Assembly: GCA_965242925.1 (NCBI GenBank)
Contig: CBDEUM010000034.1
Location: 1 to 64,000, forward strand
Direction of reading: 5' to 3'
DNA: 64,000 nt
Source of the DNA: Roseibacillus sp.
GTDB taxonomy: Bacteria > Verrucomicrobiota > Verrucomicrobiia > Verrucomicrobiales > Akkermansiaceae
Shown: positions 20,035 to 30,854 of the stretch, one piece after another
Layout of the letters: each line of letters begins with the position of its first letter
Numbering within the stretch: the stretch's first letter is position 1
Program-made: the position numbers and the translations under genes
The notes under the pieces: generated by a model
The model's database searches: none
What the model was told of the DNA's origin: nothing
Seen by the model: the letters and a program-made list of their open reading frames with translations, nothing else

Positions 20035-21372
20035 TCAAATCACTTCTGGGAGCGGCTGGTGCTCGGTGTCGACCAGGAACTGGGGACGGCCGCTGAGGTC
20101 AGGCAGGGTGGCCTTGTTGATGTCGATCCCCATGTTGTGATAGAGGGTTGCGAAGATCTCCTGGAAGCGGACAGGTCGCTCGTCGGCTTCTCCACCCAAT
20201 CTGTCGGTCGTTCCGATGACCTGCCCCGTGCGCATCCCTCCGCAGGCCAGGAGGGCATTGGCCACCCGCGGCCAGTGGTCCCGTCCCGCATTTTTGTTAA
20301 TGGTAGGCGTGCGTCCAAACTCGCCCCATGCAATCACGGTGGTGTCGTCGGCCATTCCACGCTGGTGGAGATCTTCGACCAGTGCCGTGAGAGCTTGATC
20401 GAAATCGGGCAAGTTCTCCTTTGCTCGCGCGAAGTTGCTCCCGTGCCAATCCCAGAAGCTGTAGCTCACCGTCACTACCCGGGCCCCGGCTTCGACCAGT
20501 CGTCGGGCGACGAGAAATTGTTCGTTCATGCGCGGAGCAGCATCGCCCTGCACCTTGCTGGTTCCTTTTCCATATCTCTCCCGAATCCTTGGGTCTTCCT
20601 TGCTGAGGTCGAGCGCTTCCAGCAGTCGGCTCGACGTCAGAAGATCGAAGGCCTCCTCTTGGAAGGCGTCCATGCCCTCCATCATCCCGCTGGCGTCAAG
20701 ATGGCGCCGCAGGCCGTCGAAGCTCCTTAGCAGGTTCCTGCGATCCTCCAAACGCTCCATCGTGATCCCCTGAAGGGTCATGTCCGACTTGGCATCTCCC
20801 AACGGCATAAACGCGCGGTGGCGGACCCCGACGAAGCTGTTCTTCCCAAAGTTATAGGGGCTATGCTTCATTTTCGGGGAAAGATTGATGTAGCCGGGCA
20901 CCGTCTCATTCTCGCCGCCCTGCAAACGCGAAATGACGGTTCCTAGCTCGGGCCAACCTCCTGCGGGTTGATTGTTGTTGCTCCGCCCGGTCGTGCACTG
21001 GAAAGAGGCGTGCTGGCCGATCGATCCCACCAGGGAGTTCACAAAGACGAGTTTGTCCGCCATCGCCGCCATGCGCGGGAGGTGCTCACAAATGCGGATG
21101 CCGGGCACTTTGGTCGAGATTGGAGAAAACTCTCCTCTCACGTTGGATGGAGCGTCCATTTTCAGATCATACATGTCCTGGTGGGGCGGCCCTCCAGGCA
21201 GGTAGATCATGATGATGGCCTTGTTCGATCGTCCGGTTCCCGTCTCCTTCTGCGCGCGGAGCAGCTGAGGAAGGCTCAACCCGCCCAGTCCCAATGCTCC
21301 GATCTTGATAAAATTGCGACGCGATCGACGGTCGCAAAATCCACCGTGTTGTTGTCCGAAGATGTTCAGCAT
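20035..21372 (-). CDS. DUF1501 protein
   Basis: SRRNF Tat motif, YLPGGPPHQDMYDLK, ARRLVEAG, WDWH, GEFGRTP, GRDHWP. Confidence 0.93.
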   Translation of the reverse strand: MLNIFGQQHGGFCDRRSRRNFIKIGALGLGGLSLPQLLRAQKETGTGRSNKAIIMIYLPGGPPHQDMYDLKMDAPSNVRGEFSPISTKVPGIRICEHLPRMAAMADKLVFVNSLVGSIGQHASFQCTTGRSNNNQPAGGWPELGTVISRLQGGENETVPGYINLSPKMKHSPYNFGKNSFVGVRHRAFMPLGDAKSDMTLQGITMERLEDRRNLLRSFDGLRRHLDASGMMEGMDAFQEEAFDLLTSSRLLEALDLSKEDPRIRERYGKGTSKVQGDAAPRMNEQFLVARRLVEAGARVVTVSYSFWDWHGSNFARAKENLPDFDQALTALVEDLHQRGMADDTTVIAWGEFGRTPTINKNAGRDHWPRVANALLACGGMRTGQVIGTTDRLGGEADERPVRFQEIFATLYHNMGIDINKATLPDLSGRPQFLVDTEHQPLPEVI

Positions 21373-21512
21373 GCCTGAGAAGACTGGGGGCAGAGAACGC
21401 CGGCACTATTATAGAGCAACGAAGCTGGATAAACAACTTCGCTGGCTTGTCTGCCGGTGACACGATGGGAGGACTTGGGGTAAGGGCCACCCTTCTGCAG
21501 TAGCCCAGACAC

Positions 21513-21549
21513 ACTCCGTATCAAGGTGTGGGGTGCAGGGGATCAGGGT
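21513..21549 (+). repeat. Degenerate element A copy
   Basis: actccgtatcaaggtgtggggtgcaggggatcagggt. Confidence 0.6.
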
Positions 21550-21620
21550 TTCTCTCTGATCAACTTGACCGGTCGTCGCGGAGGGGCTGAACTCTTTGAC
21601 CGGCTCACTCAGAGCGACTG

Positions 21621-23729
21621 ATGATTATGAACTCCACTTTCCGGGTCGTTGCCCCCTTGGCGCTGGTTGCCGGGTTGTCGGCGTCCTCAGTGGCAGACGA
21701 GTCCTTCGCGGTGTTGCAGTCGGCATTCAAGGCACATTGCATCAAGTGTCATGGTAAGGATGGCAAGGTGAAGGGCAGGGTCGACCTCCTGGCATTAAAA
21801 TCGAACGGGGACCTGCTGGCCAGGCCCGAGTTGATGGAGGCACTTCTCGGGGTGCTGGGGGATCGCGAGATGCCACCCAAGGACGAGCCTCTCCTGCCGG
21901 AAACCAAACGAATGCAGATGATCGGGCAGGTCGAGGCGAAGCTCCAGTCAGCGCTGAAGACCCATGCCTTCGAGCCCACGCCGATCCGGCGCATGAACCG
22001 CTTTCAGTACAACAACGCAGTGGTGGATCTCCTCGAACTGGACCGCGAAATCTTTCGGCTTAACGAGCGGCTCATGCGACGCCGGGATGACTACTTTCGC
22101 CCGGAAACCAGGAAGATGCCCGCGCAGGTCCAGGTCTCCAGTCGCCCGCTCAGCAAGGACATCGACAACCAGCGACCTGAGGGCTTCAGGGGTGTGGCGT
22201 CTTTCCCGCAAGACAAGCGTGCCGAGCATGGCTTCGACAATCGCGCTGATCACTTGACCCTTTCTCCCTTGTTGATGGAGTCGTTTCTCAAGCTCAGCCA
22301 GACCATCGTAGAGAGCCCTGATCTTAATCCCAAGGAATGCCGGAGCTGGAACCGGTTCTTCGCCACCCCTGCGCAACTCGCCGGAGCAGCGGGCCAGGAC
22401 TCGGTGAAAAAGGAAGTTCGGAACAGGGTAAAGAAACTGCTGCGGCGCGCTTTTCGGCGGCCGGTCGATTCCGAAACCTTCGCTCGTTTTGTAAAGTTTG
22501 CGGAAGATCAACTCGCCTCCGGCGCTTCATTTGAGCAGACGATGCGTACGGTGGTCGGAGCGATTCTCGGCATGCCGGAGTTTCTCTATCTCTACGAATC
22601 ACCGGATCCGGAGAGTCCGGGCAGGCAGAAAGACGGCCGTCAGAGGATAGACGACTTCGAACTGGCCACCCGCCTGTCCCAGTTTTTTTGGAGCAGTATC
22701 CCGGACGACCCCTTGCTCGACCTTGCGGAATCCGGCCAACTAAGCGATCCAGTCACGCTGGGCGCACAGGTCGACCGGATGCTAGACGATCGCAGGTCGA
22801 GCCGTTTCTGTGACAACTTTCCGAGCCAATGGCTTCAACTCGACCGGTTAATCACCTCGGTTCCAGATCCCAAGATGTTCCCGAGGTTTTATCACAGCGA
22901 CGGCTACCGAATGAGCATGCACATGATAGCGGAACCATTACTTCTGTTTGAGACCATCTACATTGAAGATCGCTCCATCGTGGAACTGGTTAATCCGTCG
23001 TTCACCTGGCAAAGCAACATGCTCGATGCAATTTATGCCGGCCATTTCAAAGGGCACCATCAGGTTACCGTGCAGCAGTTCAGGCGGAAGCCACTCGCCG
23101 ATCCACGGCGTGGCGGCGTCATCACCAATGCAGCTGTCATGACGATGACCGCCACCCCGACACGCACCCAACCCATCACTCGCGGCGCCTGGGTGAACGC
23201 GGTGATATTCAACGACCCTCCCGAACCTCCTCCCGCAGACGTCCCGCCTCTGCCGGAAGCCAACGAGGTGCAACTGGCGAAACTTACCATTCGCGAACGC
23301 CTGGCGGCCCACCGCAAGCGTGAGGACTGTGCTGGTTGTCACAACAAGATCGATCCTTTTGGCTTTGCCCTGGAGAACTATGGGCCGACCGGCTTCTGGC
23401 GCGACAAATACAGGAATGGACGTGAAGTGGATGTCAGCGGGGTGCTCTTCAACCAGCATGAGTTCAAGAATGTGGTGGAATTCAAGGAGCTGATCCTCAA
23501 AGAGAAGCAACGGTTCATCCGGGGATTCAGCGCGCATCTGCTCTCCTACGGACTGGGACGAGAACTCGGGTTGGCGGATGGACCCACCCTGGACAAAATC
23601 ACCGCCAGGGCCATGGCCGGTCAGGACCAGATGCGAGCCGTTCTCAAGAGCATTGCAATGAGCGAGCCGTTTCTTCACAAGAACACACTCACGACTGTAT
23701 CAAAGAAGAAATCACACGGGCAAAAGTGA
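21621..23729 (+). CDS. DUF1592/DUF1588-family cytochrome c domain protein
   Basis: CIKCH, CAGCH, IRRMNRFQY, LATRLSQFFWSSIPD, PITRGAW, IDPFGFALENY. Confidence 0.92.
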   Translation: MIMNSTFRVVAPLALVAGLSASSVADESFAVLQSAFKAHCIKCHGKDGKVKGRVDLLALKSNGDLLARPELMEALLGVLGDREMPPKDEPLLPETKRMQMIGQVEAKLQSALKTHAFEPTPIRRMNRFQYNNAVVDLLELDREIFRLNERLMRRRDDYFRPETRKMPAQVQVSSRPLSKDIDNQRPEGFRGVASFPQDKRAEHGFDNRADHLTLSPLLMESFLKLSQTIVESPDLNPKECRSWNRFFATPAQLAGAAGQDSVKKEVRNRVKKLLRRAFRRPVDSETFARFVKFAEDQLASGASFEQTMRTVVGAILGMPEFLYLYESPDPESPGRQKDGRQRIDDFELATRLSQFFWSSIPDDPLLDLAESGQLSDPVTLGAQVDRMLDDRRSSRFCDNFPSQWLQLDRLITSVPDPKMFPRFYHSDGYRMSMHMIAEPLLLFETIYIEDRSIVELVNPSFTWQSNMLDAIYAGHFKGHHQVTVQQFRRKPLADPRRGGVITNAAVMTMTATPTRTQPITRGAWVNAVIFNDPPEPPPADVPPLPEANEVQLAKLTIRERLAAHRKREDCAGCHNKIDPFGFALENYGPTGFWRDKYRNGREVDVSGVLFNQHEFKNVVEFKELILKEKQRFIRGFSAHLLSYGLGRELGLADGPTLDKITARAMAGQDQMRAVLKSIAMSEPFLHKNTLTTVSKKKSHGQK

Positions 23730-23811
23730 ATTCCGGACGAAGCCACATGATTCGACGATTGGTCAAACTCACTTCGTTCTGTATTATAACCTGACGAAAG
23801 ACCTTTTCACG

Positions 23812-25182
23812 ATGAGCGACCACAACGATCTGCCTTCCTCTCCTTCACGACGCCGTTTTCTAAGATGCGCCGGGGGAGCGGCCCTCAGCCTGCCCTGGCT
23901 CGAAAGCGTCGCCGGGGCCAAGGAGCGACAAACGGCAAAACCGGCACAACGGATGGCGTTTTTCTATCTCCCAAACGGCATTACCCGCCGAGGCTTCTTT
24001 CCCGGCGAGAACAACCGACCCCTGCCAGGCTTCGCCGGTCAGAACAATGTCTGGCGATTCGAAGGCAAAACCGTTCCGACTGGAAAACATCCCCTTGCAC
24101 TCACCCCTACCTTGGAGCCCCTGGACAGGATGCGGGACAAAATCTCGCTCATCACCGGGATGGACCGCACCTTCCAGCACGGCACCGATTCGCACGCGCA
24201 GTGCGCGTCCTGCTTCCTCACCAGTGTGGCCCCCTACGAGGTCGTCGGTTCCGCTTATCCGCTTGACCGCACCCTGGACCACATCGCGGCCGACAGCATC
24301 GGGCAAACGACTCCCTACCCAACCCTCGAACTGAGCTGCAACGACCATAAGAATAACATTGAGTCGATCTACTTCGACAACATGTCCTGGTACGGCACAG
24401 GCCATGTTGCTCCATCAATGAGAAATCCGCGCGCGGTTTACGACCGTCTCTTCGGCACGCAGGCCCACACCCGTTTCCGCAATATCACCGATCTCGCCCT
24501 CGGAAATGCCCGCCAGATGCAAAAACGCCTGAGCTCCCATGACCGGGGAAAGTTTGGGGAGTACGTCGAGTCGATTCGAACAATCGAGAAGCGGATGGAT
24601 CGCATCGAAGAGATGAAAGCCGAATTGACCGCGGCGGAGATAAAACGTCCAGCCGAGCATTTGCCGCGCAATGAGTACATTCACCTGATGGGCGACCTGC
24701 TGGTGACCGCCTTGCAGAGCGGCCTGACGAACGTTGGATCTCTGATGGTGGGACCCGAACGATGGACGACGGCCACCAACTGGGAGGGAATTCTGGACAA
24801 GCCATACAGTCATCACGCCATGACCCACGCCATCGGCAACCATATGGAACACCTCCTTAAACTGGATCGCTTCCACATTTCTGCCTTCGCACGATTGCTC
24901 GAGCGCATGGACGGCATTGAGGAGTCCGACGGCACAACATTGCTGGACAATACCATCTTCACCCTTGGAGCCGGGATGGGCGATGGCACCACCCATCAGT
25001 ATAATGACTTGCCGCTGGTCGTGGCGGGTGGCGGGGGCGGCACGCTTAAGCTAGGTAGCCACATCCACTGCAAGGTAGGAACTCCGCTGGCTAATCTCTG
25101 GTTGACTCAGCTGCATGCCCTGGGGATCGATCGAAAAAAATACGCCGACAGCACCGGGACCGTGAGCGAGATTCAAATCTGA
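23812..25182 (+). CDS. DUF1552 protein
   Basis: SRRRFL, LSLPWLES, YLPNG, HHAMTH, PLANLW. Confidence 0.9.
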   Translation: MSDHNDLPSSPSRRRFLRCAGGAALSLPWLESVAGAKERQTAKPAQRMAFFYLPNGITRRGFFPGENNRPLPGFAGQNNVWRFEGKTVPTGKHPLALTPTLEPLDRMRDKISLITGMDRTFQHGTDSHAQCASCFLTSVAPYEVVGSAYPLDRTLDHIAADSIGQTTPYPTLELSCNDHKNNIESIYFDNMSWYGTGHVAPSMRNPRAVYDRLFGTQAHTRFRNITDLALGNARQMQKRLSSHDRGKFGEYVESIRTIEKRMDRIEEMKAELTAAEIKRPAEHLPRNEYIHLMGDLLVTALQSGLTNVGSLMVGPERWTTATNWEGILDKPYSHHAMTHAIGNHMEHLLKLDRFHISAFARLLERMDGIEESDGTTLLDNTIFTLGAGMGDGTTHQYNDLPLVVAGGGGGTLKLGSHIHCKVGTPLANLWLTQLHALGIDRKKYADSTGTVSEIQI

Positions 25183-25457
25183 GATCAACCCCGGAAAGAA
25201 GGTTCAAATGAGACCCCTCCTGCTCAACATGGCCATGATGTGACCGTCGTCGCAACCCACCCGGCAGCGAAGCGACAGGAGGGATCCGCGATGAAGGAGG
25301 ACAATGTCGATCCAGAATGCCAGCGAGGAGCTTTTGGGGAGCCTCTGGGTTGAGGGCGGTCTGCGACACTCAAGATCCGCGGGGACTGTGATTCAGATGG
25401 GCACCGCCTCTTGTTAGAGTTTGCACCCTTCACCTGGGGAATGTTAAGGGTGAAGAA

Positions 25458-26072
25458 ATGAAAATTCTTCTATTGCTGCCGGCCGCCTTATTAATCGTCG
25501 GGTGCGGCGAGAACAATGCAGTTGAGGACACCGAAACCGGCGGAGTTGACGCAGGTCAACCCGAACAGGCCGCCCTGAATTCATCCTCATCCGGAGACAG
25601 TCAAGCGTCCGGGGGCCCATCCGAAAAGGTCGACCCATCCGAAGCGGGAGCCAAGGCTTTGCTCGGAGAGTTTATGGCCGCGGGAGCAGACCACGCCGAG
25701 CTGTCGGCCGCCCTGACTCCGAACCCGGATGACTACTCAGCCGCGTTCATCGGGGACGGGGCGGATAAGGCCGCGGCGGGATATCAACAGGCCTGGGAGA
25801 AAGGACAGATTGTCCTTAAGGCCGGCGCGGGCCAGACCGAACTCCTTCTCTGGAAGGCCACTACCGAGGAGCTGACCGCGTGGACCGGCGATGCCAGGGA
25901 TCAATTTCCCGGTGGTTACCGCGAAGTGGCCAAGCACCTGAAACCGGGAGTCACCTGGTACCGATTCAAGTTCGTCGAACCGGACAAAACCGTGGGAATG
26001 GCCTATGATGGCCTCGTCTGCGTCAACGGACGCTGGACCATCTTTCCCAAGCCCTGGCGAGTGCTCAGATAG
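25458..26072 (+). CDS. Hypothetical lipoprotein
   Basis: MKILLLLPAALLIVGC lipobox, low-complexity linker, globular C-terminus (FPGGY...FPKPWR). Confidence 0.82.
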   Translation: MKILLLLPAALLIVGCGENNAVEDTETGGVDAGQPEQAALNSSSSGDSQASGGPSEKVDPSEAGAKALLGEFMAAGADHAELSAALTPNPDDYSAAFIGDGADKAAAGYQQAWEKGQIVLKAGAGQTELLLWKATTEELTAWTGDARDQFPGGYREVAKHLKPGVTWYRFKFVEPDKTVGMAYDGLVCVNGRWTIFPKPWRVLR

Positions 26073-26276
26073 CGATCACCTGCGTGATTGGGAAGTTCTT
26101 GAGACGGGAATCCAAGGCCGCGTCGAAATTGAACAAAGTTTTCCCGCTGACGGAGCAAGGTGCTGCATTCGAGTCAGTGAGGAGTGGTAATATACCGAGG
26201 CTAAAGAGGTCAGGGAGGGAGCCGTGATGCTCGTCAGTCCCGGAGAGCAATAAGGCGACACTTTTCCGCATGCAGA

Positions 26277-26305
26277 TATCAGGGGGCGGGGTGGGGGATC
26301 AGGGG
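26277..26305 (+). repeat. Degenerate, collapsed element A copy
   Basis: tatcagggggcggggtgggggatcagggg; resembles the 21513 variant. Confidence 0.55.
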
Positions 26306-26419
26306 AGATGCTCCGCGGGAGCTTGCAAGGCGGAAGGGGCACGCCTGGCGAAGGATCGGAAATCAGGAATTACTCGCACCGCGGATTCTGGACTGATCGA
26401 ACTCGTCGGCGGCCCCGGA

Positions 26420-26604
26420 CCACAGGGGCGGGAGATCTCATCATCGGGGTTAACGGCCAGGAGGTGCGCAGCTCCCTTGATATTGGACGTCAACTCGCGG
26501 GCTGCAATCCGGGGGACCTCGTTCCCTTCCTGCCCACCCGGGACGGGGTGGAACACGCCAGGAATATTTCCCTGATGCCGCGTCAGAGCTTTTCGGCTCC
26601 GTAG
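26420..26604 (+). pseudogene. PDZ-domain gene fragment
   Basis: GAGDLIIGVNGQEVRSSLDI...PGDLV...RDG in ORF 26308..26604, without a credible N-terminus. Confidence 0.55.
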
Positions 26605-26827
26605 AGGGTTGTCCTATAGCCAGGCAATTGCATATCCAGACCTGGTGCGGGTGGTCGGTCAAGTCGATCAGCGAAAGGCCCTCGTCCACTGGCGCGGAGT
26701 CCCCGGCATAGCTTCACCAATAACATGCGCAACTCGGTAGCAGGGTCAAAGCGCGGCCTTCATGGATCTATTTGATTGCCTCGACGGAAAGGGCGAAAAG
26801 GCGGGGGAAATTGCCATGACGGCTCCG

Positions 26828-28288
26828 TCAAAACAGCTCCTTAATAGGCCTGCCCTCGAGGATGGTCCGGGAGACCTCGGGAGGCAACAGGTCAGGGGCG
26901 GTGCGGAGTTGATTCGCGTCAAATAAGGTATGCAGCACGGTCGCGAGGAGATTTTCGGGACCATAAGGCTCCGAGGCAGGACGACTGCCGGTTCGGTCGG
27001 ATTTACCTATCACCTGTCCCATTTTCAAGCCGCCACCCGCGAGCAAAAGGGGAGTCAGGTCGCCGTGATGATCCGTGCCGGCGTCCCGGTTCTTCTTGAT
27101 CGGCGAACGTCCCATCTCGCCTGAGACGACCAATAGAATCTGGTCGCTCAGGCCGCGCGCCTCGACGTCATCGAGAAAGGCGGCCACCGCGTGATCCATC
27201 TGGGCTCCCAAAGTTTGCATGCCAACCAAGGTGCCGGGATTGTTGGCTCCCCCTCCGTGAAAGTCCCAACTGGAATCGACCACGGTGACGAATCCGCAAC
27301 CCGCCTCGCATAGACGCCGGGCCAGCAGCATCTCCTTGCCCAGTAAATTTGTCCACCGCGCCTGGTCCACGAGCTTCTTCTTTCCCTTGAACAGAAAGTG
27401 CTTGCCTCCTTCGTGGTAATCCGCCATCCGGAATAGATGGCTGGTGTCGTATCGCGCAATGGTTTTTGGATCCTCTTTCGATAAATCAAACGCATCCGAT
27501 ACGCCTCGCAGCAACAGGTCGTAGGTTTGGCGTTGCATCTGACTCATGCTCTTCGCTTCTCCGGCTCGATCCATCCGACGATTTAATGCATCAAGTTGCC
27601 CCAATAGCTGGAATCGATCGACAAAACGACCGTGAGGGATCTTTAAATCGAAGTTGCCCAACTGGTCCGGACTGCCGTCGAGAACAAACCCCTTACAGGA
27701 ACCGGCAAGTTGTCCCGCCCCCGCAACTTGCTGCTTTATTCGGGGAAGTCCGAACGTTGATGTCGGTGACCCCAGCTGGAGATTGGGCTCTACGGCCTCC
27801 GGCACGATAACGGTATTCATCGGCATGCCCGTCCTGGGATGAAAGGCGCCTGAGCCATGGGCGCACATTGCGGCCATCGCCGCACCCGATGGATGCCGAC
27901 CGGTCAGAATGGGGAGATGATTGTGACTGCCATCATTGGTGGCGAAGGATCGCACCACGGCCAAGCGATCGGCCCTTTGGGCCAGCTGAGGCAAGGTGCC
28001 GCCGAACAAGACACCCGGAAGTTTGGTTCTAATTTCGCCCGTGCAACTGCGGTTGTTGCTGGCGACGTCGACCTTAGGATCGAAGGTTTCAATCTGTGGC
28101 GGGCCACCTTGCAAAAACAAAAAGACAACGGATTTGTTTCTAAATACATTCCGGTCCATTGCGGCCTGAGAGCGGGTCGTCAGCAACTCCGGCAATGCCA
28201 AGCCGCCCAGACTTCCGATACGAAGAAAATCACGGCGGCCGATCAAGGAGGGCCCCCGGGCAAACCGATCGTCTGTAAATGTCAGCAT
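26828..28288 (-). CDS. DUF1501 protein
   Basis: GRRDFL, FLQGGPPQIETFDPK, LLARRLCEAG, WDFH, GEMGRSP, GTDH. Confidence 0.92.
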   Translation of the reverse strand: MLTFTDDRFARGPSLIGRRDFLRIGSLGGLALPELLTTRSQAAMDRNVFRNKSVVFLFLQGGPPQIETFDPKVDVASNNRSCTGEIRTKLPGVLFGGTLPQLAQRADRLAVVRSFATNDGSHNHLPILTGRHPSGAAMAAMCAHGSGAFHPRTGMPMNTVIVPEAVEPNLQLGSPTSTFGLPRIKQQVAGAGQLAGSCKGFVLDGSPDQLGNFDLKIPHGRFVDRFQLLGQLDALNRRMDRAGEAKSMSQMQRQTYDLLLRGVSDAFDLSKEDPKTIARYDTSHLFRMADYHEGGKHFLFKGKKKLVDQARWTNLLGKEMLLARRLCEAGCGFVTVVDSSWDFHGGGANNPGTLVGMQTLGAQMDHAVAAFLDDVEARGLSDQILLVVSGEMGRSPIKKNRDAGTDHHGDLTPLLLAGGGLKMGQVIGKSDRTGSRPASEPYGPENLLATVLHTLFDANQLRTAPDLLPPEVSRTILEGRPIKELF

Positions 28289-28722
28289 TTTCCCGGTCCT
28301 TTATAGCCCATAAAGTATTCTGCTGGAATCAGCCATCACATAATGGCTCGTTGTAAATTCGGATTTTTTTCCGGCACTTGGGTGGCGGGTCGTCTGGGAC
28401 AGGCTTATCGGCCGTGGGGGTCGGCAAGAGGGCGCACTCGATGTGCAACTCGCAGTTCCCTGGGTGGGGGTGAGAAAGGCGCGCCGGGAATGCCAGCCCT
28501 CTTGTCAAAGTGAGGCCGCTACCGTGTGGGCGTTGCGGGACAGATTCACCAAGAGCGCAGAGCGATGTTGGTTCATATCCAACCGCAGAATACACTTTAA
28601 GGCATACAAGATTAGCACGTTAGGGGGGATTCCCTTTGAGGGCAAGGGGTGGCGCAGGCAATTTCCCCACGGGCCGTTCCCTGCGCCTCCTGCGTCTGGT
28701 GGGCGGTTCAGGATTGGGGGTT

Positions 28723-28779
28723 ATGAAGAGCATTGGTCTGCTCCTTGTTGCGCTACTCGGTGCTTTTTTGTGAGAGAAA
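28723..28779 (+). pseudogene. Orphan degenerate signal-peptide remnant
   Basis: MKSIGLLLVALLGAFL*EK is collinear with MRRLALLFAALLVAGFGEK at 40496; weak element-A-like sequence just upstream (28686-28722). Confidence 0.55.
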
Positions 28780-28928
28780 ATCTGATGATAACCGAAGCAG
28801 GGGGGTGAACCCGTAAGCATTTACGTAAGCCATGTCGACGCCGCGCCGTTGATTATCGACAAGGGCTGGAAACTTGCCTAGCAAAGCTAGGCTGATCCAG
28901 ATTCCTGTTTTGTATGAGGTCTAAATTG

Positions 28929-30719
28929 ATGAAACGATTGTCCTGCCTGAATGCCGTTAGTTTTACTGTGATTAGCATGGCGGCATCGGGCCCGGTATTA
29001 GCCCAGCGCGGGGCCGAGGTGCCCGCGGATGCCAACTACCGGTTCGCACAGGGCCAGAGGTTGGTGGCAGGGGGCAAGCCAATCGACGTCACGACTGGGC
29101 ACGCTTCGCCTTATGTTTACGACTTTAACGGCGACGGCAAGAGAGACCTGCTTGTCGGGGAGTTTGGTTCCGGGGTCTTTCGGGGCGAAACGACCACCGA
29201 CAATTCAGTGGTCAATGCCCGGCTGCGAATCTACCTGAACACGGGCACCAACGACTTGCCCCGGTATGGCAGTTTCAAGTATCTGCAGGGCGGTGGAGAA
29301 AACGCGTCAGTCCCCAGCACGTGATGCAGCACTTTCTGTCCACAGTTTGTGGACTACGACGCGGACGGGATAGATGACGTCATCACTGGTTCGATCTATG
29401 AAGACGTTTATCTCTTTCGGGGACTTGGGGACGGGAAGTTTGCGAAAGCGGAGCTCCTGAAAGACAAGGACGGAAAACCTCTTGAGGGAGGCTACTGTTG
29501 CACGACCGAGTTGCTTGACATGGATTCCGACGGGGATCTGGATCTGGTATGCGCCACACGCATCGGCAAAGTAACGTGGCGCGAAAATGTTGGCACGAGA
29601 AGTTCACCGAAATTTGATTCGGAAGCGCAATCACTTCCCATGGAGAAAGGCGTTGCATCAATTGAAGGTTTCAACGCAACCTATGCCGACTGGGACGGCG
29701 ATGGACGAAGGGACCTGGTGGTCGGGTCTGGACGTGGTCACGTCGTCTGGCACCGCAATGTTGGGGCAGACGACAAACCGAAGTTCTCGTCGGGGCGAAA
29801 GTTGTTGAGCGATTCCGGATTCCAGGAGATCAGGGAGGGCGATGTCCCCGCAACACACGGAGGACGAGCCAAAGTTCATCTTGTCGATTACGACAACGAT
29901 GGCTTGCTCGACGTCCTGCTGGGCGATTTCACATCCTGCACTTACAACACGCGCCCGCCGTTGACGGACGAAGAAATGGAAGAAAAAGCGGCCCTGGAAA
30001 AAGAGCTCAAGGAGACGGGGGACAAGACGTATTACGCAGAAGTAAATCGCCTCAATAAATTGTACTGGGCGGCAAAAAAGGCCGGGAACCCTGAGGAAGT
30101 CAAAAGGATCAAGGCGATGCAGGCAGAACAGCGACGTCCGCTCGATGAACTGTACAGGAAACTCAGGCCGTTCAGGACAACCGGCTCCAAGGCTCACGGG
30201 TGGGTGTGGTTCTATCGCCAATTACCGAAGAGCAATAGAGGTCTCGCGGTGGCCGTGCTTTCCGTCGAACCGGCAAGTCGAACACCAGAGGTGACGCTTC
30301 GGGCGTTGACCAGCCACACGACTGTCGCGCCCGGGCAGGAGTTCCAGGTGGCGATCAGTTTTCAGGTGGCCGACGGCTGGCACATCTATGGAGCGGAAAA
30401 GGGTGACTCTTACCTGCCCACCAGAATCGAATGGACCCTGCCCGCTGGCACAACGCTCAAGAATGTTCAATGGCCAGAGCCCTTGGCCATTGAGAATGGC
30501 GATGATGTTCAGCCAACTTATGAAGGAACTGCCATAGTGCTGGCAACGATTCTCGTTTCCAGGGATGCCGGGCCTGACGCAAAGCTCAAACTGGCGGCGG
30601 ATGTAAGCTGGCAGGTTTGCACGGAATCGATTTGCAAATCCGGTCGTGCGAAGATCAAGACTGGTGTCGTTGTGACCAAATCCGTCAGGCGCGAATCGGC
30701 ATCAACCGCTACCGAGTAG
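28929..30719 (+). CDS. Probable selenoprotein: secreted FG-GAP/VCBS-repeat protein with C-terminal DsbD N-terminal-type domain
   Basis: ORFs 28914..29324 and 29349..30719 are in frame across one TGA (VPST-U-CSTFCPQFVDYD); DxDGDG..DL repeats on both sides; GWHIY...WQVCTESIC domain. Confidence 0.8.
29338..29354 (+). promoter_or_regulatory. Candidate bacterial SECIS hairpin
   Basis: GUCCACA guu UGUGGAC; loop starts 20 nt after UGA (29322-29324) with G first. Confidence 0.65.
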
Positions 30720-30787
30720 CTGCCAAGGTCTGCAATCCTTGCCTCTCCTCGGATTGAGGATATCTGACTCCGTGGTTAGCATCATGT

Positions 30788-30854
30788 TGTCAGGGTGCAG
30801 GAAACAGGGTGGGGCGGGCTACTGCACACTGAAACGGAAGAAGGCGGTGTTATC
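30788..30854 (+). repeat. Element A copy plus orphan C-terminal tail (class-2 flank)
   Basis: tgtcagggtgcaggaaacagggtggggcggg, then minus-strand DNTAFFRFSVQ* (30854-30819). Confidence 0.9.
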
